A DNA stretch of 34,193 nt from an uncultured Acidobacteriota bacterium (GTDB taxonomy: Bacteria; Acidobacteriota; Vicinamibacteria; Fen-336; JAGNNV01). The notes below the pieces were generated by a model. That model did not search any database and was not told the DNA's origin. It saw only the letters and a program-made list of their open reading frames with translations. The position numbers and the translations under genes were made by a program. The DNA is taken from the NCBI GenBank assembly GCA_964494295.1, contig CAZBTT010000002.1:1-34193 (forward strand), read 5' to 3'. Below, piece by piece: positions 1-8,741 of the stretch (its first letter is position 1; each line of letters begins with the position of its first letter).

Positions 1-1
1 G

Positions 2-958
2 GCTGGGCTGTGCGGGGCGTCCGCCGCGTCGGCCGCGGCGGGGTGGTGGGGCGGGGGTTTCGGGGTTGGGTTCGGGCTCGACCGGTCCCGGTGGAAGCCC
101 CGGCTGGCGTACGCCCGGCCCTTCGCGCTCTACGTGCTGGTGGAGATATCCCAGTCGACGTATCACCAGTACAGCGTGAGCTGGTCTTTTGACGCCGCCA
201 CCTTCGCGATCTATTCGGTGGGCTGCTTCCAGGTGCCCCTCGTCGACTTCCTCGCCACGCCAGCCTCGAGCGTGATGATGGTCCGGATGACCGAGGAGAT
301 GCGAGACGGGCGACCACGCGCGGCCGCCCTGATCTGGCTCGACATCACCCGCAAGCTCGCCCTCATCTTCTTCCCCATGGTGGCTCTCCTGATGGCGACC
401 TCGCGGGAGCTGATCACCTTCCTGTTCACCGACGCCTACGCGGCGAGCGCTCCGATCTTCGCGGTGTGGGTGCTCGCCATCGCCCTCTCGGTGCTGCAGA
501 CCGACGGGGTCATGAGGGTTCACGCCCAGATCCGTTTCCTGTTCTTCGTGAACCTCGTGCGACTCGCGCTCATCGTCGCGCTCATTCAACCGATGATGGC
601 GGCCTTTGGCCTTCTCGGTCCGGTTCTGATCACACTGCTCGCGATGGCCCTGGCCAAGGGCCTTCACCTGCTCCAGATGCGACGTCTCATGACCCTCGCC
701 ACCCACGAGGTCCTTCCGTGGCGCGATCTTGCCAAAGTCCTCGCCGTGAGCGCGCTGGCCACAGTGCCGGTTTTGCTGCTTCGGGGTCTGCTGAGCGGGC
801 CCAGGCCCCTGCTGCTTCTCGCCTTCGGCCTCGTCTATGCAATCGCGTACGTCGCTCTTCTATTCGCCACCGGGATCATCAGCACGGAAGAGCGGACGAG
901 CCTCCGGCGCTGGCTGAGATTCCCAAGCGCCCCGCCTCTCGCCCCGGGGGTCCATTAA
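2..958 (+). CDS. Polysaccharide flippase, MOP/Wzx-type, C-terminal part (5'-truncated by the window edge)
   Basis: Frame 2 has no stop from nt 2 to the TAA at 956-958, so the gene starts upstream of the window. The product is a series of hydrophobic helices (FAVWVLAIALSVL, LGPVLITLLAMALA, LLLLAFGLVYAIAYVALLF) typical of the C-terminal half of Wzx/MOP flippases. It sits at the head of an EPS operon. Confidence 0.75.
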   Translation, partial: AGLCGASAASAAAGWWGGGFGVGFGLDRSRWKPRLAYARPFALYVLVEISQSTYHQYSVSWSFDAATFAIYSVGCFQVPLVDFLATPASSVMMVRMTEEMRDGRPRAAALIWLDITRKLALIFFPMVALLMATSRELITFLFTDAYAASAPIFAVWVLAIALSVLQTDGVMRVHAQIRFLFFVNLVRLALIVALIQPMMAAFGLLGPVLITLLAMALAKGLHLLQMRRLMTLATHEVLPWRDLAKVLAVSALATVPVLLLRGLLSGPRPLLLLAFGLVYAIAYVALLFATGIISTEERTSLRRWLRFPSAPPLAPGVH

Positions 959-961
959 GCC

Positions 962-2896
962 ATGTGCGGCATCGCCGGCATTCTCGATCTTGAGGGCGGC
1001 CCCGTCCTTTCGGAAGACCTCGTCAGCATGTGCGACGCCCTCGTCCATCGCGGCCCGGACGAGGCCGGCTTCCACGTGGCTCGAGGCCTCGGCCTTGGAA
1101 TGCGCCGGCTGAGCGTCATCGACCTCGAGGGCGGCTCGCAACCGGTGCGCAACGAGGACGGAACGGTCGTCGTGGTTTTCAACGGCGAGATCTACAACTT
1201 CCGCGATCTGCGCCGCGACCTCGTGAGCTCGGGTCATACGTTCACGAGCCATACAGACACGGAAGTGATCGCTCACCTCTACGAGGAGCACGGCGTCGCC
1301 TGTGTCGAGCACCTTCGCGGGATGTTCGCCTTCGCCTTGTGGGATGAGAAGCGCCGCCAGCTTCTGATCGCCCGCGACCGGCTGGGAGTGAAGCCCCTGT
1401 ACTGGACGCAGAAATCCGGACGGCTCCTCTTCGCCTCGGAACTGAAGGCGATTCTCCAGCTGGAGGAGGTGGAACGCGACCTCAACTGGGCTTCGGTCGA
1501 TCACCTCTTCACCTTCCTCACCACACCGTCCAAAGAGAGCATCGTCGAGGGCGTCCACAAGCTCGAGCCCGGCCGCCTGCTGGTGGCGAGCGCTGAAAAG
1601 GGCGTAAGCATTCATCGCTACTGGGCCCCGCGTTTCGAGCCCGACCACGGCAAGAAGGAGAGCCACTTTGTGGACGGCGTGCGCGGTCTGCTCGAGGAAT
1701 CGGTGAAGCTTCGCCTCGTGAGCGACGTGCCCCTCGGGGCCTTCCTCTCGGGGGGTCTCGACAGCTCCGCGGTGGTCGCGACGATGGCGCGGCTGATGGA
1801 TCAGCCGGTGAAGACCTTCTCGATCGGCTTTGCCGAGAGCGACTACGACGAACTCGAGTACGCCAGGCTCGTGGCCGCGAAGTTCGGCACGGACCATCAC
1901 GAGCTGGTTCTGGAGCCGGACGTCATCGATGTGCTCGAGGACATCGCCTGGTACCTCGACGAGCCCTTCGGCGACTCCTCCGCGATTCCTGCGTCACCCG
2001 TTTGGAAGAGGCCGGCCGCGCACTGCACCGCGGTGCTGTCGGGCGACGGCGGCGATGGGGTCTTCGGCGGCGACGGCAAATACCGGATCGAAGGCCGGGA
2101 GCGCGAGGCTCTGCCCCACCTGGCCCGGGCGGCCCTTCGCGGGATCGGCGCGCTGATGCCGGATGGAATGAAAGGGCGGAACTTCGTTCGCCATCACGGG
2201 CTTCCCGAGGGAGAACGGTATCTCGACGCCCTGACCCTCTTTCGCGAGGACCAGAAGCGCCGTCTCTTCGAACCCGCGGTCTACGCCTCTTTCCCCGCGG
2301 GCGACGCATCGAGCCGGGAAGCCGCCGCCCTCCTCGGTGGCGACGCGCACTGGCTCTCCAGGCTGCAGCAGCTGGACATCGAAAGGGCGCTGCCCCTCGA
2401 CATCCTGACCAAGGTCGATCGCATGTCCATGGCCCACTCTCTCGAGGCGCGCGAGCCGTTGCTCGATCACAAGCTGCTGGAGTTCGCGGCCACGATTCCA
2501 CCGCAGATGCAGATGCGAAACGGATCCGGGAAGTATGTCTTCAAGCAGGCGATGCGCGGCGTGCTGCCGGATCGGGTGATCGATCGCGCCAAGCAGGGCT
2601 TCGGCGTGCCTCTTGGCCACTGGTTCCGAGGGCGGCTCTCGGGCTTCATCAGGGATCTGCTCCTGAGCGGCCGCGCGCTTCGCCGCGGCATCTTCAACCA
2701 GGCCTATGTGCTCAAGCTCATCGAGCGCCACGAAGCCGGTCACGATCTCGGCCTGCACCTCTGGACCCTGATTTCCTTCGAACTCTGGTGCCGCACCTTT
2801 CTCGAGGGCCGGAAGGCCCGGCCGAAATCGCGTCCGGCGCGCTCCCTTTTCCACACCCCACCGGCGCAGCCGCTCAAGGCCGCGTCGTCCCTATGA
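962..2896 (+). CDS. Asparagine synthase (glutamine-hydrolysing)-like amidotransferase, EPS-associated (copy 1)
   Basis: Begins MCGIAGI (Cys2 nucleophile of class-II glutamine amidotransferases). Also shows YNF/RDRLGVKPLY, the SGGLDSS PP-loop, LSGDGGD and a C-terminal HLWTLISFELWCRTF tail. 644 aa. The start lies 3 nt after the flippase stop. Confidence 0.92.
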   Translation: MCGIAGILDLEGGPVLSEDLVSMCDALVHRGPDEAGFHVARGLGLGMRRLSVIDLEGGSQPVRNEDGTVVVVFNGEIYNFRDLRRDLVSSGHTFTSHTDTEVIAHLYEEHGVACVEHLRGMFAFALWDEKRRQLLIARDRLGVKPLYWTQKSGRLLFASELKAILQLEEVERDLNWASVDHLFTFLTTPSKESIVEGVHKLEPGRLLVASAEKGVSIHRYWAPRFEPDHGKKESHFVDGVRGLLEESVKLRLVSDVPLGAFLSGGLDSSAVVATMARLMDQPVKTFSIGFAESDYDELEYARLVAAKFGTDHHELVLEPDVIDVLEDIAWYLDEPFGDSSAIPASPVWKRPAAHCTAVLSGDGGDGVFGGDGKYRIEGREREALPHLARAALRGIGALMPDGMKGRNFVRHHGLPEGERYLDALTLFREDQKRRLFEPAVYASFPAGDASSREAAALLGGDAHWLSRLQQLDIERALPLDILTKVDRMSMAHSLEAREPLLDHKLLEFAATIPPQMQMRNGSGKYVFKQAMRGVLPDRVIDRAKQGFGVPLGHWFRGRLSGFIRDLLLSGRALRRGIFNQAYVLKLIERHEAGHDLGLHLWTLISFELWCRTFLEGRKARPKSRPARSLFHTPPAQPLKAASSL

Positions 2897-2915
2897 CGTC
2901 CTTCGGAGATCACTC

Positions 2916-3503
2916 ATGAAAATGCAGACCCTGTTGTCACTGGCCCTGGCCGCCGTCCTCGCCACCCAGGGCGGCCTCGCGGAGGCTCAGCGCGGCAAGC
3001 CCGCCCCGGGCGAGATCGGCGCCGACTATCGCATTGGCCCGGAGGACATTCTCCAGATCTCGGTGTTCAGCAACGAAGCGCTGAGCCGCACCGTGCCGGT
3101 CCGCCCGGACGGCATGATCACCCTTCCCCTGTTGAACGACGTGAAGGCGGCGGGCCTCACGCCGATGGAGCTGCGCGACTCGTTGATGAAGAAGTTCGTG
3201 GAGTTCGTTCCTTCACCCGAAGTCGCGGTCATCGTCACAGAGGTCAAGAGCTTCATGATCTCGGTCATCGGTCAGGTGATGAAGCCCGGCCGCTACGACC
3301 TCAAGAGCTCCGCTACCATCGTTGACGCCCTGGCCATGGCCGGCGGATTCAAGGAGTTCGCGGGGCGGTCGAAGGTGGTGGTCTTGCGCAGCGAGGGCGG
3401 GGTTTCAAAGCGCATCCCGTTCGACTACGACAAGATGAGCGCGGCGAAGAAACCACAGGAGAACTTCGCGCTCCGCCCGGGCGACATCGTGATCGTTCCG
3501 TAA
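2916..3503 (+). CDS. Polysaccharide export protein (Wza/EpsE-like, Poly_export + SLBB), small periplasmic/OM form
   Basis: N-terminal signal peptide (MKMQTLLSLALAAVLATQGGLAEA). YRIGPEDILQISVF and PVRPDGMITLPLL motifs of the Poly_export domain. C-terminal SLBB-like GRYDL..TIVDALAMAGG and LRPGDIVIVP. GGAG lies 7-8 nt upstream of the ATG. Confidence 0.88.
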   Translation: MKMQTLLSLALAAVLATQGGLAEAQRGKPAPGEIGADYRIGPEDILQISVFSNEALSRTVPVRPDGMITLPLLNDVKAAGLTPMELRDSLMKKFVEFVPSPEVAVIVTEVKSFMISVIGQVMKPGRYDLKSSATIVDALAMAGGFKEFAGRSKVVVLRSEGGVSKRIPFDYDKMSAAKKPQENFALRPGDIVIVP

Positions 3504-3609
3504 GAAACCCGCGTTCTCCTGCGGTCATGCAGGAAATCCCTCAGTCGGCTCTTTCGGTCGCGGCGCAATCTACAAACGGCGCGGATCCTGCGATGAAGGT
3601 GAGGGCATT

Positions 3610-3641
3610 CCCGAGGGTTGCGCGGGGAACTGCCCCTCGGG
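3610..3641 (+). promoter_or_regulatory. GC-rich inverted repeat (CCCGAGGG ... CCCTCGGG) in the only sizeable intergenic gap of the operon
   Basis: CCCGAGGG at 3610-3617 is perfectly complementary to CCCTCGGG at 3634-3641, with a 16-nt loop. No T-tract follows. Function is unknown (RNA stability, processing or attenuation element, or nothing). Confidence 0.25.
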
Positions 3642-3672
3642 AGGTGGCCGGCATCTTGCAATCAGCCGAGGC

Positions 3673-4881
3673 GTGTCCACACGCATCGAACGCGAAAAGC
3701 CGGGCCGAAGGTGGCGGCTGGGGTTTGCCCTCGCGCTCCTGCCCCTCTCCCTCGTGGGCGCGCAGGAACTGGCGCCCCAGCTCCCAAAGCAACAGGGTGG
3801 CTTCTTCGTGCCGATGCTGACCGTGGGACAGACCTTTGACGACAACCTCTTCTTCACTCAGTTCCCGGAGAGCGATTTCGCGACCCGCCTGAGCTTCGGC
3901 CTGCAGACTGGTTATCGCTCGACCCCTTTCACCCTCGACCTGCAGGCTTCGCGCGCCGCAGACCGGTTCGCCCGGCATTCCGATTTCGACACCAACAACG
4001 CCAGAACCGTGGCTCAGGTGACGATCAATGCGCAGGCGTCGAAGTCGATCGCGTTGTCGCTGTTCGCCTGTTATCTCGATACGAAAACTCCGGGCGAGCT
4101 GAACCTGATCAGCGGCCTTGGCCTCGGCCGGTCGCTCGCGACCCGCGCCTCGATAGCTCCGGCGGTCGAACTGCGGCTGGGGAGCCGGTCCACCTTCATC
4201 GGCGCTTTCCCGATCGCGCACGACACCCTCGATGGCCGGGTGGCCGACACGATGACGGGCACGGCGGTTTTCGATCGGAGGATTTCGAGGCGCAACAGCG
4301 TGAGTCTGCGTTACGAACATCGCTGGTTCGACTTCACGGGTGGGGACAAAGCCGAGAAATCGACCGCCAACGTATTCATGCTGGGCTGGCTTGGCGAAGT
4401 CTCGGACCGGACCATCGTCCTGCTCCGGGCGGGTCCGCGCTATGCGAAGGGCGCTTATACCGCCGAGATCCTCGCCTCGGTCAAGCGTCGCTTGAACCAT
4501 GGGGGCCTCCTCACCCTGAGTTACTCCAAGAGTCAGGCCACGACCCTGGGGGCGACCGGCGCCCTGGACATCCAGTCCGTGGTGGCCACACTGGCGACCC
4601 GGATCTCCCGCAAGTTCGAAGTTGCGTCGGGCCCCGGTCTCTATCGCAACTCGTTGCGGGGCAAAAATCTCCAGGCGTTGCGCCTCAACGTCGAGTCGCT
4701 CTGGCACTTCTCTCCCTGGTTTCATCTCGGGGCCACCTACTCGTTCGACCTTCAGCAGCCTGACTTCGGCGCTTCGGGGAAGATTCGGAGGAGCGCCCTG
4801 ACGGTGAGGGTCATCACCTCGAAGGAACAGCGTCGACCTGAAGACCCCACCTCGGAACTTCTCTCCTCGGGGACGCCATGA
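3673..4881 (+). CDS. Putative outer-membrane beta-barrel protein of the EPS export apparatus (resembles the uncharacterised PEP-CTERM-locus OMP family)
   Basis: GTG start followed by a basic n-region and hydrophobic core (RRWRLGFALALLPLSLVGAQE). The rest is rich in alternating-polarity, Tyr/Phe/Gly/Ser/Thr-rich strands (TLSYSKSQ, GATYSFDLQQ, VSLRYEHRWFDF). It lies between the Wza-like and Wzz-like genes. Its stop overlaps the next start (ATGA). Confidence 0.68.
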   Translation: MSTRIEREKPGRRWRLGFALALLPLSLVGAQELAPQLPKQQGGFFVPMLTVGQTFDDNLFFTQFPESDFATRLSFGLQTGYRSTPFTLDLQASRAADRFARHSDFDTNNARTVAQVTINAQASKSIALSLFACYLDTKTPGELNLISGLGLGRSLATRASIAPAVELRLGSRSTFIGAFPIAHDTLDGRVADTMTGTAVFDRRISRRNSVSLRYEHRWFDFTGGDKAEKSTANVFMLGWLGEVSDRTIVLLRAGPRYAKGAYTAEILASVKRRLNHGGLLTLSYSKSQATTLGATGALDIQSVVATLATRISRKFEVASGPGLYRNSLRGKNLQALRLNVESLWHFSPWFHLGATYSFDLQQPDFGASGKIRRSALTVRVITSKEQRRPEDPTSELLSSGTP

Positions 4882-6386
4882 CCGCGACCAGGGGCAGAAT
4901 GGGCGTGGACGTCGCGACCGCCTCGTTCCGGCGCAGGAAATGGGTGGCGCTTTCCGTCTTCGCGGTGGTTCTCTCCGCGGCATTGACCTTCGCGAAGTCG
5001 TTGCCGAACCTCTATCAGTCGACCGCGATCGTCCTGGTCGAGCGCCCCTCCTCACCGGGCGGTTCGGACGACGTCGAGTCGCGCCTTCAGAGCATCCGGC
5101 AGGAGATCCTGAGCCGGACGCGGCTCGCAGAGTTGATCGGCCGCCTGGACCTCTATCCCGAGATGCGAAAGGTCGCCTCCATGCAGGCGGTCGTCGATCA
5201 CATGCGGCGCGACGTTCGGATCGATGTGTCGGGCTCCGACCAGGCAACCGGCCGGGGCACGATCGCGTTCTCCCTCGGCTACCGGGGTCGTGATCCGGTG
5301 AAAGTCACTGAGGTTGCGAACGCGCTCACCAACTCCTACCTCGAGGAGGATGCGCATCTGCGCGACCGTCAGACCAGCGGCGCCGCCGCCGTCCTGCGCA
5401 CCCAGCTCGAAGAGGTCAAGAAGCGGCTGGCCCCGCAGGAGGCGAAGATCGCCGAGTTCAAGAGGAGCCACGCCGGAGAGTTGCCTCAACAGGCGGACGC
5501 GGGCCTCATCGCGATCGAGCGCCTGAGTGGGCAACTGCAGAGGGTGACCGAGATGCGCACCGCGGCCGCGGACCGTCGCGCGGCGCTGCTTCGCGAGTCG
5601 GGGGAGCCAGGCGCAGCCGAGATCACGGATCCGGATCGGTTGCGGCTCGCCCGCCTCACCCAGGAGCTTGCGGCCCTGCGAACAAAGTTCAGCGAGAAGT
5701 ATCCGGATGTGATCGCGAAGAAGAGCGAAGTCGAGAGTCTCGCCCTCGTGGTCGCGCAAAAACCGGTGGTCGATCGCGCCCTGCCGCAGCTCGAACAGCT
5801 CAATCGGGAGATCCGCGCACAGCAGGGTGAAGAGACGCGGCTCCGGAGCGAGATCGCCATGCTCGAGCGGCGCGCCGCCGGGGCGCCGTTCCGTGAGCAG
5901 GAGTATCAGATCCTCTCCCGCGACTACGTCACCACGCGCGATTTCTACGACTCTTTGCTGAAGCGATATGAAGAAGCGCAGCTCGCCGAGGCTCGTGAAG
6001 ACGGACCCCAGGGACAAAGGCTCCGTCTGCTCGATCCCGCGATCACTCCCACCGACGCCCTCGCCCCCGACCGTCTTCGCCTCGCCATATTCGGGCTGAT
6101 CGCGGCTCTCGCCCTCGCCGTCATCGCGGTCGCGGGGGCCGAGAGGTTCGACACCTCCTTCCACTCCGCGGAGGATCTGGCCCGCCACACCCGCGTTCCG
6201 GTCCTCGTGCGGATTCCGCGCATGCCGAACGATTCCGGTGAAGAACGAAGCCGCTCCAGACGACGCGCGGCTCTGATGACGCTCGGCCTGGTGATCGGCG
6301 TCTTTCTGACCGTCAACGCGTCAAGGATGCTCGCCCACGACAACGAAGGCGTTGTCGCTCTGCTCGCTCCAAGGAGCCGCTCATGA
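4878..6386 (+). CDS. Polysaccharide chain-length determinant / co-polymerase (Wzz/GumC/EpsF-like)
   Basis: N-terminal TM (WVALSVFAVVLSAALTFA) followed by the LYQSTAIVLVE motif. A long coiled-coil-like central region is rich in Q/E/R/L. C-terminal TM helices (LAIFGLIAALALAVIAVAG; ALMTLGLVIGVFLTV). ATGA overlaps on both sides. Confidence 0.88.
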   Translation: MTATRGRMGVDVATASFRRRKWVALSVFAVVLSAALTFAKSLPNLYQSTAIVLVERPSSPGGSDDVESRLQSIRQEILSRTRLAELIGRLDLYPEMRKVASMQAVVDHMRRDVRIDVSGSDQATGRGTIAFSLGYRGRDPVKVTEVANALTNSYLEEDAHLRDRQTSGAAAVLRTQLEEVKKRLAPQEAKIAEFKRSHAGELPQQADAGLIAIERLSGQLQRVTEMRTAAADRRAALLRESGEPGAAEITDPDRLRLARLTQELAALRTKFSEKYPDVIAKKSEVESLALVVAQKPVVDRALPQLEQLNREIRAQQGEETRLRSEIAMLERRAAGAPFREQEYQILSRDYVTTRDFYDSLLKRYEEAQLAEAREDGPQGQRLRLLDPAITPTDALAPDRLRLAIFGLIAALALAVIAVAGAERFDTSFHSAEDLARHTRVPVLVRIPRMPNDSGEERSRSRRRAALMTLGLVIGVFLTVNASRMLAHDNEGVVALLAPRSRS

Positions 6387-7165
6387 GCACCATTCCGGAT
6401 GTCCGGGTGACCCTGCCCGCGGCCCGCGCCGCTCGGAAGGAGGCCACGGCCGCACAGGCTCAGAGGATGCCTCAGACCTACGCGACCGAGCAGTACCGCG
6501 TCTTGAGCCACATCGTCCAGCAACTCGGGAAGCTCGGCAAGCGCGTGATCGCGGTTTCGAGCCCGGTGGCGGGCGACGGCAAGACCACGACGAGCATCAA
6601 CCTCGCGGCGACCCTCGCCCAGGCTTCCGAGTCCCGGGTGCTTCTCATCGATGCGGATCTGCGCCGTGGTTGTCTTGCCGACCAGCTTGGCCTGGGGAGA
6701 TCCGCGGGTCCGGGCCTTTCGGGAGCCATCTCCGACTCCATGTGCCGGCTCACGTCAGTGACGCGACGCCGGGTGGGTTTGAACTTCGCCCTTCTGCCCG
6801 CCGGCGCCTATCCGCCGATGCCTTATGAGGCGCTGCGCTCGGCGCGCATGGGCGAAATCCTCGCGGAGGCTCGTGAGCAGTTCGACTACGTGCTCCTCGA
6901 CACCCCGCCGGTGGTGCCGGTGGCCGACCTTCGGGCCCTGAGCGACTGGGTGGACGGAATCTTCCTGGTGGTGACCGCGCATGTGACTCCGCGCGGCCTT
7001 CTCGATGAGGCGCTTTCGTCCATGGATGCCGACAAGGTCGTGGGCCTCGTCTACAACGGCGACGATCTTCCCCTCTCCGGGCAATACCGCTCGTACTACA
7101 GCTACGGGGAAGGGTCGTCGCCCCGCCGGGCGCCCTCGATCCTCGGCGGCACGGACCGAAGATGA
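6383..7165 (+). CDS. BY-kinase-type tyrosine autokinase / chain-length regulator ATPase (CpsD/CapB/EpsG-like, separate cytoplasmic subunit)
   Basis: Walker A is VSSPVAGDGKTTTSINLA, Walker A' is VLLIDADLRR, Walker B is YVLLDTPP. C-terminal tyrosine cluster YRSYYSY. Located immediately after the Wzz-like activator gene. Confidence 0.88.
   Translation: MSTIPDVRVTLPAARAARKEATAAQAQRMPQTYATEQYRVLSHIVQQLGKLGKRVIAVSSPVAGDGKTTTSINLAATLAQASESRVLLIDADLRRGCLADQLGLGRSAGPGLSGAISDSMCRLTSVTRRRVGLNFALLPAGAYPPMPYEALRSARMGEILAEAREQFDYVLLDTPPVVPVADLRALSDWVDGIFLVVTAHVTPRGLLDEALSSMDADKVVGLVYNGDDLPLSGQYRSYYSYGEGSSPRRAPSILGGTDRR
7085..7105 (+). other. C-terminal tyrosine cluster (Y-R-S-Y-Y-S-Y) of the BY-kinase, a candidate autophosphorylation site
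   Basis: Four Tyr codons within seven residues near the C-terminus, as in BY-kinase Y-clusters. Confidence 0.6.
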
Positions 7166-7196
7166 TTCCCATGAACTCCTTCATCGGGAAAGGTCG

Positions 7197-8741
7197 GTGG
7201 TTGTGCCGTTGACCCTGGCTCTCCTGGAAGGGGCGACCCTGTTCCTCGTCGCCTGGGTCCGGCTCGTGGGCGGCGCGGGGCTGCCCTTGGGCTTCGACCC
7301 GGGGGCGACGCTGCACGCCGGGCTCATCGCTTTGTCCGGCCTCTTCGCTTTTCACTTCGCCGACCTCTATGACCTGCGAAAGGTGCGGAGGTTCCGCCAG
7401 TTCCTCTCGCGATGGCCGGGCGCCCTTGCCTTGATGTTCGGTCTCGCCGCCCTCCTCTCCCTCGTGCCGGACTTTCGAACCTCCTGGCGCTTCCTTGCGG
7501 AAACCGTGGTGATCGCGGGCCTCGCGATCCTGCCCTTGCGGGCGCTGCTCCATCACCTGTTCGCGGTTCATCCCTTCAGCCGCCGCGTCCTCGTCGTCGG
7601 CACCACCGAGCTTGCGGGCAAGATCGTTTCCGAGATGCTCGCCACCCCGGACCTTCGGGACGTGGTGGTGGGCGTCGTCGAGGACGGCGCCGGCGAATTC
7701 AAGCCGGATCTGCCTACGCTGCGTCTTGGCGCCGTGGAACACCTCGGTCGGATCATCGAGGGGTTCGAGCCCGACCTGATCGTGTGCGCCACCTGTGAAC
7801 GGCAGGACCCCTTCGTGGTGGGTGAGCTCCTGAAGCCCCGTTCCCGAAGCACTCCGATCGAGGACGGCGTCGCCGTCTATGAGCGCCTGACCGGAAAAAT
7901 TGCCATCGAATACGCCGAGCCTCGAGCCATTCTTTTCGCGAACGAATCGGAAGCCTCGTGGCTGACCTTGTTCCTCGCGCGGGTGCTGAGCTTTGTGGTG
8001 GCGCTCGCTGGAATCATCGTCCTGCTTCCGTTCCTCCTGCCCGTGGCCCTCCTCATCAAGATGGACTCGGAAGGACCGGTCTTCTTCCTCCACGAGCGTG
8101 TGGGCCTCGGCGGCCGTCCCTTCCGCCTGATCAAGTTTCGGACGATGTCGATGGGCGGGGCGCTTTCCGAATGGGCCGCCGACAACCACCACCGCACCAC
8201 CCGCGTGGGGCACTGGCTGCGCCGGTTCCGCATCGATGAACTGCCGCAGTTCGTGAACATCCTCAAAGGCGACATGAATCTGGTGGGTCCGCGGCCTCAC
8301 CCCGTCTCGAACGTCGCGCTTTTCACCGAGAACATTCCCTACTACGGCCTGCGTTGTTCGGTGCGGCCCGGCGTCACGGGCTGGGCGCAGATCCGATACG
8401 GCTATGCGAACAACCTCGCGGAAGAGACGGAGAAGATGCGCTACGACCTGCACTACATCAGGCATCTCTCCCTCGCCATGGACCTGCGCGTCCTCTTCGA
8501 GACCGTGAAGGTCGTGATCACCGGCAGCAAGCCCGCGACCCTCGCGGATGAGCCGGGCGCTCAGCTGCTGCCCATCTATTTCGGGGACGAGCATCCAAGA
8601 AGAAGGCGCGCCGGGCTCCGCCTGGAGACGCCGCCGCAGGCCCTCACGGTCGGCCCGTCGTCGTCGTGGGGCGCCGAGGTGACTTCGATCGACGAACAAC
8701 GAGCCAAGGGGCGAACCACCTCCTCCCGGGATGTCGCGTGA
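7197..8741 (+). CDS. Priming polyprenyl-phosphate sugar-phosphate transferase (Bac_transf family, WcaJ/EpsB-like)
   Basis: N-terminal TM helices, then a Rossmann-like segment (RRVLVVGTTELAGKIV), then the Bac_transf core (RPFRLIKFRTM, DELPQFVNILKGDMNLVGPRPH, RPGVTGWAQI). The ORF is open from 7005, but that part overlaps the kinase gene. GTG at 7197 is preceded by GGAAAGG and is the chosen start (GTG 7203 and TTG 7209 are alternatives). An unusual ~70-aa low-complexity C-terminal tail is present. Confidence 0.85.
   Translation: MVVPLTLALLEGATLFLVAWVRLVGGAGLPLGFDPGATLHAGLIALSGLFAFHFADLYDLRKVRRFRQFLSRWPGALALMFGLAALLSLVPDFRTSWRFLAETVVIAGLAILPLRALLHHLFAVHPFSRRVLVVGTTELAGKIVSEMLATPDLRDVVVGVVEDGAGEFKPDLPTLRLGAVEHLGRIIEGFEPDLIVCATCERQDPFVVGELLKPRSRSTPIEDGVAVYERLTGKIAIEYAEPRAILFANESEASWLTLFLARVLSFVVALAGIIVLLPFLLPVALLIKMDSEGPVFFLHERVGLGGRPFRLIKFRTMSMGGALSEWAADNHHRTTRVGHWLRRFRIDELPQFVNILKGDMNLVGPRPHPVSNVALFTENIPYYGLRCSVRPGVTGWAQIRYGYANNLAEETEKMRYDLHYIRHLSLAMDLRVLFETVKVVITGSKPATLADEPGAQLLPIYFGDEHPRRRRAGLRLETPPQALTVGPSSSWGAEVTSIDEQRAKGRTTSSRDVA

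Noticed and set aside
1975-2085. Possible frameshift or sequence error in AsnB copy 1 (atypical ..IPASPVWKRPAAHCTAVLSGDGGDGVFGGDGKY)
   Set aside because: The frame stays open and flanking motifs (DEPFGDSS upstream, the downstream C-terminal domain) are in the same frame, so no indel is needed. Local divergence is the more likely explanation. It is noted under the AsnB finding rather than called a pseudogene.
2002-2919. Same-strand alternative-frame ORFs (2002..2919, 8785..9906, 13123..13860, 20022..20690, 22101..22706 and others)
   Set aside because: They overlap well-supported genes in another frame, and their translations are low-complexity Arg/Pro/Gly-rich. There is no evidence for overprinted genes.
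3527-3820. A 97-aa ORF spanning the 3504..3672 intergenic gap
   Set aside because: It overlaps the start of the OMP gene in another frame. Its product is Arg/Ala/Pro/Ser-rich with no motif or plausible RBS, so it is probably not a gene.
3541-5247. Very long antisense ORFs, for example 3541..5247 (-), 6750..8699 (-), 860..1900 (-), 13121..14416 (-), 17507..18676 (-), 21928..23103 (-), 24113..25867 (-), 29024..30151 (-), 30625..32301 (-)
   Set aside because: Each lies opposite a + strand gene with clear family motifs. Their products are Arg/Gly/Pro/Ala-rich with no recognisable motifs. This is the expected stop-codon-poor shadow frame of a high-GC genome.
7005-7196. Upstream extensions of ORFs in the six-frame track (starts at 7005, 8666, 12338, 14284, 16572, 17558, 19504, 20687, 20908, 24065, 26968, 27534, 30355)
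   Set aside because: The extended parts overlap the preceding gene and translate to low-complexity sequence. In every case a start codon sits at or next to the upstream stop (ATGA/GTGA/TGATG). Family-typical N-termini begin there (for example MCGIVGI, MLTRLLK, MSAPQIF).
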